64,000 nucleotides of DNA, from contig OZ024740.1 of NCBI GenBank assembly GCA_964016885.1, positions 442,060,001-442,124,000 of the forward strand, in the 5' to 3' direction. The position numbers and the translations under genes were made by a program. Below the pieces are notes generated by a model that saw nothing but the letters and a program-made list of their open reading frames with translations, was not told where the DNA came from and did not search any database. The stretch's first letter is position 1. Each line of letters begins with the position of its first letter. Origin of the DNA: Eledone cirrhosa (taxonomy: Eukaryota). This document shows, in pieces, positions 51,701 through 64,000 of the stretch.

Positions 51701-54700
51701 GTCACTGCCATATGGCTGGGGGAGGTGTGAGGGTGGTGTACTGTCACTGCCACATGGCTGGGGGAGGTGTGAGGGTGGTGTACTGTCACTGCCACATGGA
51801 TGGGGGGGTGTGAGGGTGGTGTACTGTCACTGCCACATGGCTGGGGGAGGTGTGTGGTGGTGTACTGTCACTGCCACATGGCTGGGGGAGGTGTGTGGGT
51901 GGTGTACTGTCACTGCCACATGGATGGGGGAGGTGTGAGGGTGGTGTACTGTCACTGCCACATGGCTGGGGGAGGTGTGAGGGTGGTGTACTGTCACTGC
52001 CACATGGCTGGGGGAGGTGTGGGTTGTGGGTGTACTGTCACTGCCATATAGCTGGGGGAGGTGTGGGTTGGGGGTGTACTGTCACTGCCACATGGCTGGG
52101 GGAGGGGTGGGGTGGGGGTGTACTGTCACTGCCACATGGCTGGGGGAGGTGTGGGGTGGGGGTGTACTGTCACTGCCACATGGCTGGGAGATGTGTGGGT
52201 TGGGGGTGTACTGTCACTGCCATATGGCTGGGGGAGGTGTGGCGTGGGGGTGTACTGTCACTGTCACATGGCTGGGGGATGTGTGGTGTTGGAGGTTTAC
52301 TGTCACTGCCACATGGCTGGGGGATGTGTGAGGGTGGAGTACTGTCACTGCCACATGGATGGGGGAGGTGTGAGGGTGGTGTACTGTCACTGCCACATGG
52401 CTGGGGGAGGTGTGAGGGTGGTGTACTGTCACTGCCATATGGCTGGGGGAGGTGTGAGGGTGGTGTACTGTCACTGCCACATCGCTGGGGGAGGTGTGAG
52501 GGTGGTGTACTGTCACTGCCACATGGCTGGGGGAGGTGTGAGGGTGGTGTACTGTCACTGCCACATGGATGGGGGAGGTGTGGGTTGGGGGTGTACTGAC
52601 ATTGCCACATGGCTGGGGGAGGTGTGGGTTGGGGGTGTACTGTCACTGCCATATGGCTGGGGGAGGTGTGGGTTGGGGGTGTACTGTCACTGCCACATGG
52701 CTGGGGGAGGTGTGGGTTGGGGGTGTACTGTCACTGCCACATGGATGGGGGAGGTGTGAGGGTGGTGTACTGTCACTGCCATATGGCTGGGGGAGGTGTG
52801 AGGGTGGTGTACTGTCACTGCCACATGGATGGGGGAGGTGTGAGGGTGGTGTACTGTCGCTGCCACATGGCTGGGGGAGGTGTGAGGGTGGTGTACTGTC
52901 ACTGCCACATGGATGGGGGAGGTGTGAGGGTGGTGTACTGTCACTGCCATATGGCTGGGGGAGGTGTGAGGGTGGTGTACTGTCACTGCCACATGGCTGG
53001 GGGAGGTGTGGGTTGGGGGTGTACTGTCACTGCCACATGGATGGGGGAGGTGTGAGGGTGGTGTACTGTCACTGCCATATGGCTGGGGGAGGTGTGAGGG
53101 TGGTGTACTGTCACTGCCACATGGCTGGGGGAGGTGTGGGTTGGGGGTGTACTGTCACTGCCACATGGCTGGGGGAGGTGTGGGTTGGGGGTGTACTGAC
53201 TGTCATATGGCTGGGGGAGGTGTGGGGGGGGGGGGGGGTGTACTGTCACTGCCACATGGATGGGGGAGGTGTGGGTTGGAGGTGTACTGTCACTGCCACA
53301 TGGATGGGGGAGGTGTGAGGGTGGTGTACTGTCACTGCCACATGGCTGGGGGAGGTGTGGGTTGGGGGTGTACTGTCACTGCCATATGGCTGGGGGAGGT
53401 GTGAGGGTGGTGTACTGTCACTGCCACATGGCTGGGGGAGGTGTGAGGGTGGTGTACTGTCACTGCCACATGGCTGGGGGAGGTGTGGGTTGGGGGTGTA
53501 CTGTCACTGCCTTATGGCTGGGGGAGGTGTGTGGGTGGTGTACTGTCACTGCCACATGGATGGGGGAGGTGTGGGTTGGGGGTGTACTGACTGTCATATG
53601 GCTGGGGGAGGTGTGGGGGGGTGTACTGTCACTGCCACATGGATGGGGGAGGTGTGGGTTGGAGGTGTACTGTCACTGCCACATGGCTGGGGGAGGTGTG
53701 AGGGTGGTGTACTGTCACTGCCACATGGCTGGGGGAGGTGTGAGGGTGGTGTACTGTCACTGCCACATGGCTGGGGGAGGTGTGGGTTGGGGGTGTACTG
53801 TCACTGCCATATGGCTGGGGGAGGTGTGAGGGTGGTGTACTGTCACTGCCACATGGCTGGGGGAGGTGTGAGGGTGGTGTACTGTCACTGCCACATGGCT
53901 GGGGGAGGTGTGGGTTGGGGGTGTACTGTCACTGCCATATGGCTGGGGGAGGTGTGAGGGTGGTGTACTGTCACTGCCACATGGATGGGGGAGGTGTGGG
54001 TTGGGGGTGTACTGTCACTGCCATATGGCTGGGGGAGGTGTGTGGGTGGTGTACTGTCACTGCCACATGGATGGGGGAGGTGTGGGTTGGGGGTGTACTG
54101 TCACTGCCATATGGCTGGGGGAGGTGTGAGGGTGGTGTACTGTCACTGCCACATGGCTGGGGGAGGTGTGGGTTGGGGGTGTACTGTCACTGCCATATGG
54201 CTGGGGGAGGTGTGAGGGTGGTGTACTGTCACTGCCACATGGATGGGGGAGGTGTGGGTTGGGGGTGTACTGTCACTGCCATATGGCTGGGGGAGGTGTG
54301 TGGGTGGTGTACTGTCACTGCCACATGGCTGGGGGAGGTGTGGGTTGGGGGTGTACTGTCACTGCCATATGGCTGGGGGAGGTGTGTGGGTGGTGTACTG
54401 TCACTGCCACATGGATGGGGGAGGTGTGGGTTGGGGGTGTACTGTCACTGCCATATGGCTGGGGGAGGTGTGAGGGTGGTGTACTGTCACTGCCACATGG
54501 CTGGGGGAGGTGTGGGTTGGGGGTGTACTGTCACTGCCATATGGCTGGGGGAGGTGTGTGGGTGGTGTACTGTCACTGCCACATGGATGGGGGAGGTGTG
54601 GGTTGGGGGTGTACTGTCACTGCCATATGGCTGGGGGAGGTGTGAGGGTGGTGTACTGTCACTGCCACATGGCTGGGGGAGGTGTGGGTTGGGGGTGTAC

Positions 54701-55630
54701 TGTCACTGCCATATGGCTGGGGGAGGTGTGAGGGTGGTGTACTGTCACTGCCACATGGATGGGGGAGGTGTGGGTTGGGGGTGTACTGTCACTGCCATAT
54801 GGCTGGGGGAGGTGTGTGGGTGGTGTACTGTCACTGCCACATGGCTGGGGGAGGTGTGGGTTGGGGGTGTACTGTCACTGCCATATGGCTGGGGGAGGTG
54901 TGAGGGTGGTGTACTGTCACTGCCACATGGCTGGGGGAGGTGTGGGTTGGGGGTGTACTGTCACTGCCATATGGCTGGGGGAGGTGTGAGGGTGGTGTAC
55001 TGTCACTGCCACATGGCTGGGGGAGGTGTGAGGGTGGTGTACTGTCACTGCCACATGGATGGGGGGGTGTGAGGGTGGTGTACTGTCACTGCCACATGGC
55101 TGGGGGAGGTGTGTGGGTGGTGTACTGTCACTGCCACATGGCTGGGGGAGGTGTGTGGGTGGTGTACTGTCACTGCCACATGGATGGGGGAGGTGTGAGG
55201 GTGGTGTACTGTCACTGCCACATGGCTGGGGGAGGTGTGAGGGTGGTGTACTGTCACTGCCACATGGCTGGGGGAGGTGTGGGTTGTGGGTGTACTGTCA
55301 CTGCCATATAGCTGGGGGAGGTGTGGGTTGGGGGTGTACTGTCACTGCCACATGGCTGGGGGAGGTGTGAGGGTGGTGTACTGTCACTGCCACATGGCTG
55401 GGGGAGGTGTGGGTTGTGGGTGTACTGTCACTGCCATATGGCTGGGGGAGGTTTGGGTTGGGGGTGTACTGTCACTGCCACATGGCTGGGGGAGGTGTGA
55501 GGGTGGTGTACTGTCACTGCCACATGGATGGGGGAGGTGTGAGGGTGGTGTACTGTCACTGCCACATGGCTGGGGGAGATGTGTCGTGTGGGGGTGTACT
55601 GTCACTACCAGATTGCTGGGGGAGGTGTGT
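48795..55630. repeat. G-rich 42/44-bp minisatellite (GTACTGTCACTGCCA(C/T)ATGG(C/A)TGGGGGAGGTGTG...), about 6.8 kb, with a higher-order duplication of about 3.2 kb
   Basis: Direct periodicity; rare variants recur at offsets of 3169-3259 bp. Confidence 0.97.
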
Positions 55631-55711
55631 AGTCTGCTAGTCTCTCTCTCTCTCTCTCTCACTCCCTCTCCCTGTAAAATATTGTCACTCCCCCCTTTCC
55701 TTTAGACTGAC

Positions 55712-55912
55712 CTCGTCATCTCTTTCCGGGTGTCATACTCTCCATACAGACTTTTGAGGCCACAAGTTGAGTATTTGATGTGGCCAGACAGTTTGAGAGA
55801 GTTATTACTGTCTCTTAGATGAAATATTTGAAATGTGTGAAGTGTTAACCAGTGAAATCTGACGCCAGAATTGGGAAATACTTCATTGTTTAAAGTTGTC
55901 AGGTGACATAAT
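55712..55912 (-). CDS. Candidate internal coding exon of an unidentified host gene
   Basis: Acceptor TTTAG|A and donor GAG|GTCAGT; 201 nt, phase 2-2, open frame RLCHLTTLNNEVFPNSGVRFHWLTLHTFQIFHL...LSGHIKYSTCGLKSLYGEYDTRKEMTR; not repetitive. Confidence 0.45.
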
Positions 55913-56877
55913 CTAAATATATTATATATCATAGTTCTTTCATTGGTATTCGATTAGATTTGGAAAGGTGATCTTTTTAAAGAAGGTTACCCATGTCAAT
56001 TCAGTTATTGTTATTGTTAGAAGTTTATAGAGTGGTGGATTGGCAGGGTTAGGAGAGTGTCAGAGGCCATTTCTTCGCGGGATAGAGTTACGTCCCTTTA
56101 CGTTCTATGTTGAAATCCCTCCGTGGTTAGCTTTGCCTTTCATCGTTACAGGGTTTAATAAAATAAAGTACCAGTAATGTACTAGGGTCAATTTAATCGC
56201 TCTCCAAAATTGGGCCTAAATCCGAAACAGTCAATGACAGAGCAGGGGATTAACAATATCGGTAGAACGTCGGACAAGATTGTTTGCGGTATATAGTTAT
56301 AGAGGGACCACCTTGTCACTCACTAATTAGGTTTTCTACTTTAGGCACAAGGCCAGCAATTTGGGACAGGGAAAATCGATTAAATCAACCGCAGTGCGTT
56401 ACTGGTACTTTATTTTATCGACCCCGCAAGGATGAAAGACTAACCTCGGTAGGTTTTGAACTCAGAATGTAAAGGGTCGTAAACCTATGCCGCAAAACAT
56501 GGTGTCTGACGCTCTACCGATTACTTCCAATCCATCACCTTGTCACTGACTAATAATGGTTTCTTATATAAGCACAAGGCCAGCAATTTTGGGGAGGGGA
56601 AAGTCGATTAAATTGACCCCAGTGCGTGACTGGTACTTTATTTTATCGACCCCGTAAGGATGAAAGCAAAGATAACCTCGGTAGGATTTTGAACTCAGAA
56701 TGTAAAGAGTCGTAACTCCATGCCGCAAAACATGGTGTCCGACCCTCTACAGATACTGCTAATCCACCTCCTGACTAATAATGAAAAGATATCTATAGCT
56801 TTTGTAGATATCGAAAGTGAAGAAAACTTTAAAGAATGTTACAGAATGCTCTGGTAAGATTTTTTTTAGAATTGAAT

Positions 56878-58290
56878 ATATTGTATAGATATTGTTTTAG
56901 TGTTGAAAATATTGTTCAAATATTGTTTTAGTGTAGAAAATATTGTATAGATATTGTTTTAGTGTTGAAAATATTGTTCAAATATTGTTTTAGTGTAGAA
57001 AATATTGTATAGATATTGTTTTAGTGTTGAAAATATTGTTCAAATATTGTTTTAGTGTAGAAAATATTGTATAGATATTGTTTTAGTGTCGAAAATATTG
57101 TTCAAATATTGTTTTAGTGTAGAAAATATTGTATAGATATTGTTTTAGTGTTGAAAATATTGTTCAAATATTGTTTTAGTGTAGAAAATATTGTATAGAT
57201 ATTGTTTTAGTGTTGAAAATATTGTTCAAATATTGTTTTAGTGTAGAAAATATTGTATAGATATTGTTTTAGTGTCGAAAATATTGTTCAAATATTGTTT
57301 TAGTGTAGAAAATATTGTATAGATATTGTTTTAGTGTTGAAAATATTGTTCAAATATTGTTTTAGTGTAGAAAATATTGTATAGATATTGTTTTAGTGTT
57401 GAAAATATTGTTTAAATATTGTTTTAGTGTAGAAAATATTGCATAGATATTGTTTTAGTGTTGAAAATATTGTTCAAATATTGTTTGTGTTGAAAATATT
57501 GTATAGATATTGTTTTAGTGTCGAAAATATTGTTCAGATATTGTTTTAGTGTTGAAAATATTGTATAGATATTGTTTTAGTGTCGAAAATATTGTATAGA
57601 TATTGTTTTAGTGTTGAAAATATTGTATATATTGTTTTAGTATTGAAAATATTGTATAGATATTGTTTTAGTGTTGAAAATATTGTATAGATATTGTTTT
57701 AGTGTTGAAAATATTGTTCAAATATTGTTTTAGTGTAGAAAATATTGTATAGATATTGTTTTAGTATTGAAAATATTGTTCAGATATTGTTTTAGTGTTG
57801 AAAATATTATATAGATATTGTTTTAGTGTTGAAAATATTGTATATATTGTTTTAGTATTGAAAATATTGTAGAGATATTGTTTTAGTGTTGAAAATATTG
57901 TATATATTGTTTTAGTATTGAAAATATTGTAGAGATATTGTTTTAGTGTTGAAAATATTGTATATATTGTTTTAGTATTGAAAATATTGTAGAGATATTG
58001 TTTTAGTGTTGAAAATATTGTATATATTGTTTTAGTATTGAAAATATTGTAGAGATATTGTTTTAGTGTTGAAAATATTGTACAGATATTGTTTTAGTGT
58101 TGAAAATATTGTACAGATATTGTTTTAGTGTTGAAAATATTGTATATATTGTTTTAGTATTGAAAATATTGTAGAGATATTGTTTTAGTGTTGAAAATAT
58201 TGTACAGATATTGTTTTAGTGTTGAAAATATTGTAGAGATATTGTTTTAGTGTTGAAAATATTGTACAGATATTGTTTCAGTATTGAAAA
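56878..58290. repeat. 31-bp satellite ATATTGTTTTAGTGT(T/A)GAAAATATTGT(ATAG/TCAA); 62-bp dimers at left, 29/31 dimers at right
   Basis: Direct periodicity. Confidence 0.96.
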
Positions 58291-58552
58291 TTAAAGGACC
58301 AAGATATTTTGGATAAAACGGCACAAATATTTGTGCGTGTAACAGTAAACTATTATATATACTACTGAGGGTGTGTGTGTGTGTGTGTGTGTGAGTGTGC
58401 GTATGTGTGTATGTGTGAGTGTGCGTGTGTGTGTGTATGTGTGACTGTATGAGTGCGTGTGAGAGACTGTTAATGTATGTGAGACTATATGTGTCTGTGT
58501 AGACACAAGCCGAAGCTAATATTCCTGTCATGTGAAATACGTTGTTCCTAGT

Positions 58553-58817
58553 TTTTCTTTTCTTTTCTTTTCTTTTCTTTTCTTTTCTTTTCTTTTCTTT
58601 TCTTTTCTTTTCTTTTCTTTTCTTTTCTTTTCTTTTCTTTTCTTTTCTTTTCTTTTCTTTTTTTTTTCTTTTCTTTTCTTTTCTTTTCTTTTCTTTTCTT
58701 TTCTTTTCTTTTCTTTTCTTTTCTTTTCTTTTCTTTTCTTTTCTTTTCTTTTCTTTTCTTTTCTTTTCTTTTCTTTTCTTTTCTTTTCTTTTCTTTTCTT
58801 TTCTTTTCTTTTCTTTT
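58553..58817. repeat. (CTTTT)n microsatellite
   Basis: Seen directly. Confidence 0.98.
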
Positions 58818-58898
58818 GTATGTTTTTAACGCCATAAAATAAAACGAAAGAATTCTTGATTTAAGAGAAACTGTTTTAGATTTAACATTGAAGGTTGG

Positions 58899-59520
58899 AG
58901 TAGTTGTCACCTGTAGCTAGCTAAAGTTGTTACCTGGTGTAAAATATAGTGAGTTGGTCATTGAAGTAGTTGTCACCTGTGGCTAGCTAAAGTTGTTACC
59001 TGGTGTAAAATATACTGAGTTGGTCATTGAAGTAGTTGTCACCTGTAGCTAGCTAAAGTTGTTACCTGGTGTAAAATATAGTGAGTTGGTCATTGAAGTA
59101 GTTGTCACCTGTGGCTAGCTAAAGTTGTTACCTGGTGTAAAATATAGTGAGTTGGTCATTGAAGTAGTTGTCACCTGTAGCTAGCTAAAGTTGTTACCTG
59201 GTGTAAAATATAGTGAGTTGGTCATTGAAGTAGTTGTCACCTGTGGCTAGCTAAAGTTGTTACCTGGTGTAAAATATAGTGAGTTAGTCATTGAAGTATT
59301 GTCACCTGTGGCTAGCTAAAGTTGTTACCTGGTGTAAAATATACTGAGTTGGTCATTGAAGTATTGTCACCTGTGGCTAGCTAAAGTTGTTACCTGGTGT
59401 AAAATATACTGAGTTAGTCATTGAAGTATTGTCACCTGTGGCTAGCTAAAGTTGTTACCTGGTGTAAAATATACTGAGTTGGTCATTGAAGTATTGTCAC
59501 CTGTGGCTAGCTAAAGTTGT
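58899..59520. repeat. 66/65-bp minisatellite, about 9.5 copies
   Basis: TAGTTGTCACCTGT recurs at 58901, 58967, 59033 and onward. Confidence 0.96.
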
Positions 59521-59541
59521 CGTTACGTGGTCACCTAACAA

Positions 59542-60247
59542 TCTACCATTGAGGAGTCTTGTACTCGCAGTCTCTTGACATCTACCATTGAGGAGTCTTG
59601 TACTCGCAGTCTCTTGACATCTACCAGTGAGGAGTCTTGTACTCGCAGTCTCTTGACATCTACCAGTGAGGAGTCTTGTACTCGCAGTCTCTTGACATCT
59701 ACCAGTGAGGAGTCTTGTACTCGCAGTCACCTGACATCTACCATTGAGGAGTCTTGTACTCGCAGTCTCTTGACATCTACCAGTGAGGAGTCTTGTACTC
59801 GCAGTCTCTTGACATCTACCAGTGAGGAGTCTTGTACTCGCAGTCACCTGACATCTACCTGTGAGGAGTCTTGTACTTGCAGTTTCTTGACATCTACCAT
59901 TGAGGAGTCTTGTACTCGCAGTCTCTTGACATCTACCAGTGAGGAGTCTTGTACTCGCAGTCTCTTGACATCTACCAGTGAGGAGTCTTGTACTCGCAGT
60001 CTCTTGACATCTACCAGTGAGGAGTCTTGTACTCGCAGTCACCTGACATCTACCATTGAGGAGTCTTGTACTCGCAGTCTCTTGACATCTACCAGTGAGG
60101 AGTCTTGTACTCGCAGTCTCTTGACATCTACCAGTGAGGAGTCTTGTACTCGCAGTCACCTGACATCTACCTGTGAGGAGTCTTGTACTTGCAGTTTCTT
60201 GACATCTACCAGTGAGGAGTCTTGTACTCGCAGTCACCTGACATCTA
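59542..60247. repeat. 39-bp minisatellite, about 18 copies, with a 312-bp (8-mer) higher-order repeat
   Basis: TCTACCA(G/T)TGAGGAGTCTTGTACTCGCAGTC(TCT/ACC)TGACA; a rare variant unit at 59861 recurs at 60173. Confidence 0.96.
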
Positions 60248-60739
60248 TAAATCTAGCAGAAGTTCTGGTTTCCATTGAAACCATTGAAACCGTTCAAATC
60301 GTTCAAACCGTTCAAAGCAGAGAAAATAAGATATAAAAACGATAATCAATAATCATGTTTTCCAGATTTCCTACTTGCTATCCTTGATTTCTCAGTAAAA
60401 AAAAGAAATTATCATAATAGATTTCAAACTGAAATAAAAAGTGAAGAAATAGCTTAGAAAAAGAGAAATCGATGATCGTATTGTATTGCTGGTAAGATAT
60501 CATCTTGACTCTAAAGTACACAATACCGGTGTTATATTATTGTATTGTATTTAGGTTCACCTGAAGAGCAATGGGGAGATTCGCGGGTTGGTTTATATAC
60601 TCCTAAATTACATCCAAGAACTTCCAGGCTGTGTATCTGAACGATTCTTTCCTGATCCAGCTAAAAGATCGATTTGATTCCTGATAATGGGTAAATGATA
60701 AAGTGGAAAATCAAACTTTCCAGTTGTTGTCTTCCTGTT

Positions 60740-61385
60740 TCTTCTACAACAACTACAACGGTACGCGATGGGGCCCACCCACAGCCCCGGCGGACAGAAT
60801 GGAGAAGGCGTATCCCCGGAGGACGGCAAGGGAGACACTCTGGAAAAGCCACTCTAACTCGCGGGGCTCACACCTGTGGCTGGCCAGCTCAGTGCCTATG
60901 GTGGTGAGTAAGGAGGTAGCCCTGGGGCCGAGGACACCAGAAGTCTCCACTACCAGGGGTACGACCGCAAACCTGTCGGAGAGTGACCGGTATTTGAGGA
61001 GTTTGGCCCCCTCAGCCCGAATTGCAGCAGAACCTGGGTCAGTCGCAGACTGCACCAGGTTGCGGCTGCAGAAAGTGTCGGTGCAAGTGGCATCCCAGAC
61101 GAGGGGTTTTCCACCGCGGAACGGGAAGATGGTCATGCCATCTGGCCTTTTGCCGTCCCTTCGATCCAGCCCCACCGGCTCGAGCTGGGAGGGAAGCCTG
61201 CAGCGTCCAAGCCATGCTTAATGACCTCGTTGAGAGCAGCATGGCGTGGAATGCGGCTGGCACTGTGGCGACAGGAAATCGGGTGGAGGCCGAAAGAGTC
61301 CACGGTGGAACCGCAGCGACATTGGTGTGGCTGGCAGATCCGGAGGCCGAGCCTCAGGGAAACGCCGATGCGTTCACACAACCGT
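60740..61385 (-). mobile_element. 3' fragment of a CRE-like RLE non-LTR retrotransposon
   Basis: [21 protein letters not shown] (CCHC plus RH), frameshifting into DGKRPDG..LVWDATC..K..KY..PLVVETSG..FQSVSLAVLRG. Confidence 0.85.
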
Positions 61386-61700
61386 CACATTCCACTGATA
61401 ATCATAAGATATATTATAAAACATTAACTTGTAAAATAGATGTACGTTAGATATCTGGTTATGAGATAAATTATTGTAAGATATCTAATTGGTTGGCGTT
61501 ATCTGATTGCAATATATCAAATTGTAAAATTCGTTGAAACTTGTAATTCAGTCTTTCTCTATCATATTAGGAAGTCAATGTAGCTGCTGCATGTTAGAGA
61601 TCGGGGTACTGGACTAAATGTATTGGATAATTTATTTACGTTCAGAGTTTAAAATTAACCGGGATTGACTTTGCCTTTTCTTACTCTGAGAACGATAATA

Positions 61701-62241
61701 CGAGGTTTGGCCCCAAATGTAAGGGTACTGATATTTTATTTAAATGTATATTAGACTCACTTAAAATTACAAGTTATCTCCTTCTAAATACGACCCTTGG
61801 GAAGTCACACAGTGGTTCCAACGTATTTTCCATTGATTGTAGCAGTACCGGAAGTCATTGTGAGTGTCCTTAGCTCGTCGGTTATAATATTTTGTTATGT
61901 TTCCATAGACTCATAATGATGACCGTTGAACTTCGATTTCAACTTAGGGAAGAGGTAGAAATCACATGAAGCTAGATCTGGGCTTCAGAGAGGATATGGA
62001 AGTGTTTCTTCGCCAGAAATTCTGTTTCACACAAAATATGATCGCGTTTCGTTGTTCGCAAACGAAACAGAGGTTATAAACACACCTGTAAATAAACCCA
62101 GGAGTGACTCAATCAATCAAGTAGAAACAGGTATGTATGAGCAGCCAAGGTAATGAACAACACACCTATATACATCAACCAATTGCTGCGTTACCACGTC
62201 ATGCATAGGAAAATAAGTGTTTAATTTGAGGACAAACCTCA
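61701..62241 (-). mobile_element. Internally deleted mariner element
   Basis: Minus strand encodes SPDLASCDFYLFPKLK (YSPDL motif) and WKIRWNHCVTSQGSY; imperfect TIRs CGAGGTTTGGCCCCAAAT / ATTTGAGGACAAACCTC. Confidence 0.8.
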
Positions 62242-62318
62242 AATACTTTATTAATTCGACTACACTTCTCACCAAATGTGTGATCTTATGCTTATATTAT
62301 AAACCATTATACGAATAA

Positions 62319-62369
<51 letters not shown>

Positions 62370-62376
<7 letters not shown>

Positions 62377-64000
62377 CAGAGGGTGTCTGTCTAAATCCCT
62401 AAAACTCGAGAAGTATCCGACCGATTTTTTTCAAACTTTACACATGCGTGACTTATATTTTTTAAGCGCAATGGGCTAAAAGCATTTCTACTTTTTCTTC
62501 CCTATGGCCCGCATTTGGCGAAAAACCGCATTTTTCTGGCATTTTTAGGCTTTTTTGAGGCGTAACTTAAAGATAATCCAGCCGATTTCCTCGAAATTTG
62601 CAGCACACATTAGTTAGTCCCCTCGCATTGCTGTGGACAAAAAATTCCGATTCCATGAATGGTTTCTAGGAAATTTACGAATTAGCATTGGGCATTACAT
62701 GCCATTTTCATTTTCAATATAAACGTTACTTAAACATCGTAAATAGCGTATAATATTTCGTTAAAAATTTGGTTTATTTAACAGAGGACGCAACACTTAC
62801 TTTTAAGCAGGACCATGTTCGGGGGATTGAGGAAATGAGGAGGACCTTAAACTTTTGTCGGCGCCCTGTTGACGCTTCGTGCTTTCATCACGCGCAAATC
62901 CGGCCCCTGTGTACGTTGCCGTGTTATTGACACCGTAAAATTCACGTCTGTGCTACTTCTACTAAGACCCCTTTTGTCGCACCTACACCGCAGTATGAAC
63001 GCCCTGCGAAAGTACGCCGAACAGCAGTTATGCTAATTCCGTGGTGACCCCTTTTGTCGCACCTTTGTTGCTGTGTAAACGCAGTGCAACCAGTGCCGCC
63101 CAGCGTTTGTGCTAATTGCACTATGACCCCTTTCTGCTGCAACTGCCTTGCCACGCTGATTTCGTCATCTCAATATCCCTACTTAAACATACATCCCTAC
63201 TTGGTTTTCACATAATTGACTAAGTCGCTCCTTCAGACTGACGTGTGTTCCCCATCCGTGATGTAATTCGTGAACAGACTTACGACATATATCGCCCCAC
63301 AACACTTACTCCTTTCACATACAGGATTGCCGCAATCAGCCCACTGATACTGCTACTACCTGTATCCCTGCTCGAGATCAATCCTTCACTCATTCCACAG
63401 AAAGTTGGTACGTTCACTATACTTTTTTCACCAGTTTTAAGAAATTGCATTGACTACGACGCCTTTCAATAGCCTAACACTTCATTTACGGCCACTTTTA
63501 GTTTTCGTGGCGTTGTATACAAGTGAACGCTCACACGGTCCTGTTTAGGGTCCCCCACTTGAAAGTGTTGATGGTGACCCCAATGTTAACTCCAAAGCGT
63601 TCAGCATCCGATATAACAGTGTTATAAACGCAACAGCAAGGAGGTAGGTAAGTTATCGCCATTTCTTTAACAAGCCTGGTTTACTTTTACTTTTGTTTCT
63701 TAACAAAAACGTCTATTTCCTTTGGTTTAAGGTGAACACCTCCAGAGAAGAAACCCTCCGTTGGTTGACAATTGGCGCGACAATTTAAGGCGTATGAACA
63801 AATCCGGATGATTGGGTGCGAATCTATAAAACTCGAAAAGTACCTAACAGATTTTCTCCAAATGGAAGAAAAAGCATACTCTAAGATTTAGTACGCTTAA
63901 AGAGTTTCCAGCTGATTTTCTTCAGATTTTGCAATGCATGCAGATGTTTCACGATTCGGATCTGCTGGTGTTCTACGTTTCCAGTAGATGAACAAACGTT
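62370..64000 (+). mobile_element. Probable Helitron-type element, 5' portion (runs off window or is degraded)
   Basis: Starts from (TA)n with TATAACAGAGGGTGTCTGTCT; a subrepeat AACT..A.A.T..CC..CCGATTT..TC.AA.TTT recurs at about 62403, 62564, 63829 and 63896. Confidence 0.45.

Noticed and set aside
48773-55705. Dozens of Gly/Trp/Cys/His-rich ORFs resembling cuticle or beak proteins
   Set aside because: All derive from the 42/44-bp minisatellite; the 44-bp units shift frame constantly.
58899-60247. CRISPR-like appearance of the 66-bp and 39-bp arrays
   Set aside because: Head-to-tail repeats with no unique spacers, no cas genes, eukaryotic context.
59542-60247. 39-bp unit as a tandem hammerhead satellite
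   Set aside because: It has a small hairpin but no CTGANGA or GAAA core on either strand.
60555-60690. Possible + strand exon or hammerhead (CTGAAGA at 60561)
   Set aside because: All frames stop before the GT, and there is no GAAA after the stem.

Overview
AT-rich eukaryotic (animal) non-coding DNA that is almost entirely repeats. The SINE/LINE content and the density of (TA)n/(CA)n microsatellites suggest an octopus or other coleoid cephalopod, probably a large intron or intergenic region (inference, no database check). It contains: a near-intact RTE LINE (single nonsense codon, three C-terminal C2H2-like fingers); an R4/Dong-type restriction-like-endonuclease retrotransposon inserted between (TGTA)n tracts at the RTE tail; a Tx1/L1 LINE and a PHD-finger-containing RTE nested in a 22-bp satellite; a CRE-like fragment; a 5'-truncated Penelope-like element (GIY-YIG); Tc1/mariner, piggyBac-type and Helitron-type non-autonomous elements; many tRNA-derived SINEs; and about nine minisatellites, several with higher-order structure. 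The signal the ORF track misses is a dense set of type I hammerhead ribozyme motifs (stem I-CUGANGA-stem II-GAAA-stem III-NUH-stem I'). At least 5-6 have intact cores and about 6 more are degenerate or partial. Many lie in short, non-coding, (TA)n-flanked fold-back elements with 78-183 bp inverted arms, from several unrelated families. These are best read as ribozyme-bearing Penelope pseudo-LTR / retrozyme-like elements inserted as inverted dimers. One possible host exon (55712-55912, minus) was found. Most long ORFs in the track are translations of satellites. No CRISPR, rRNA or bona fide tRNA gene was seen.
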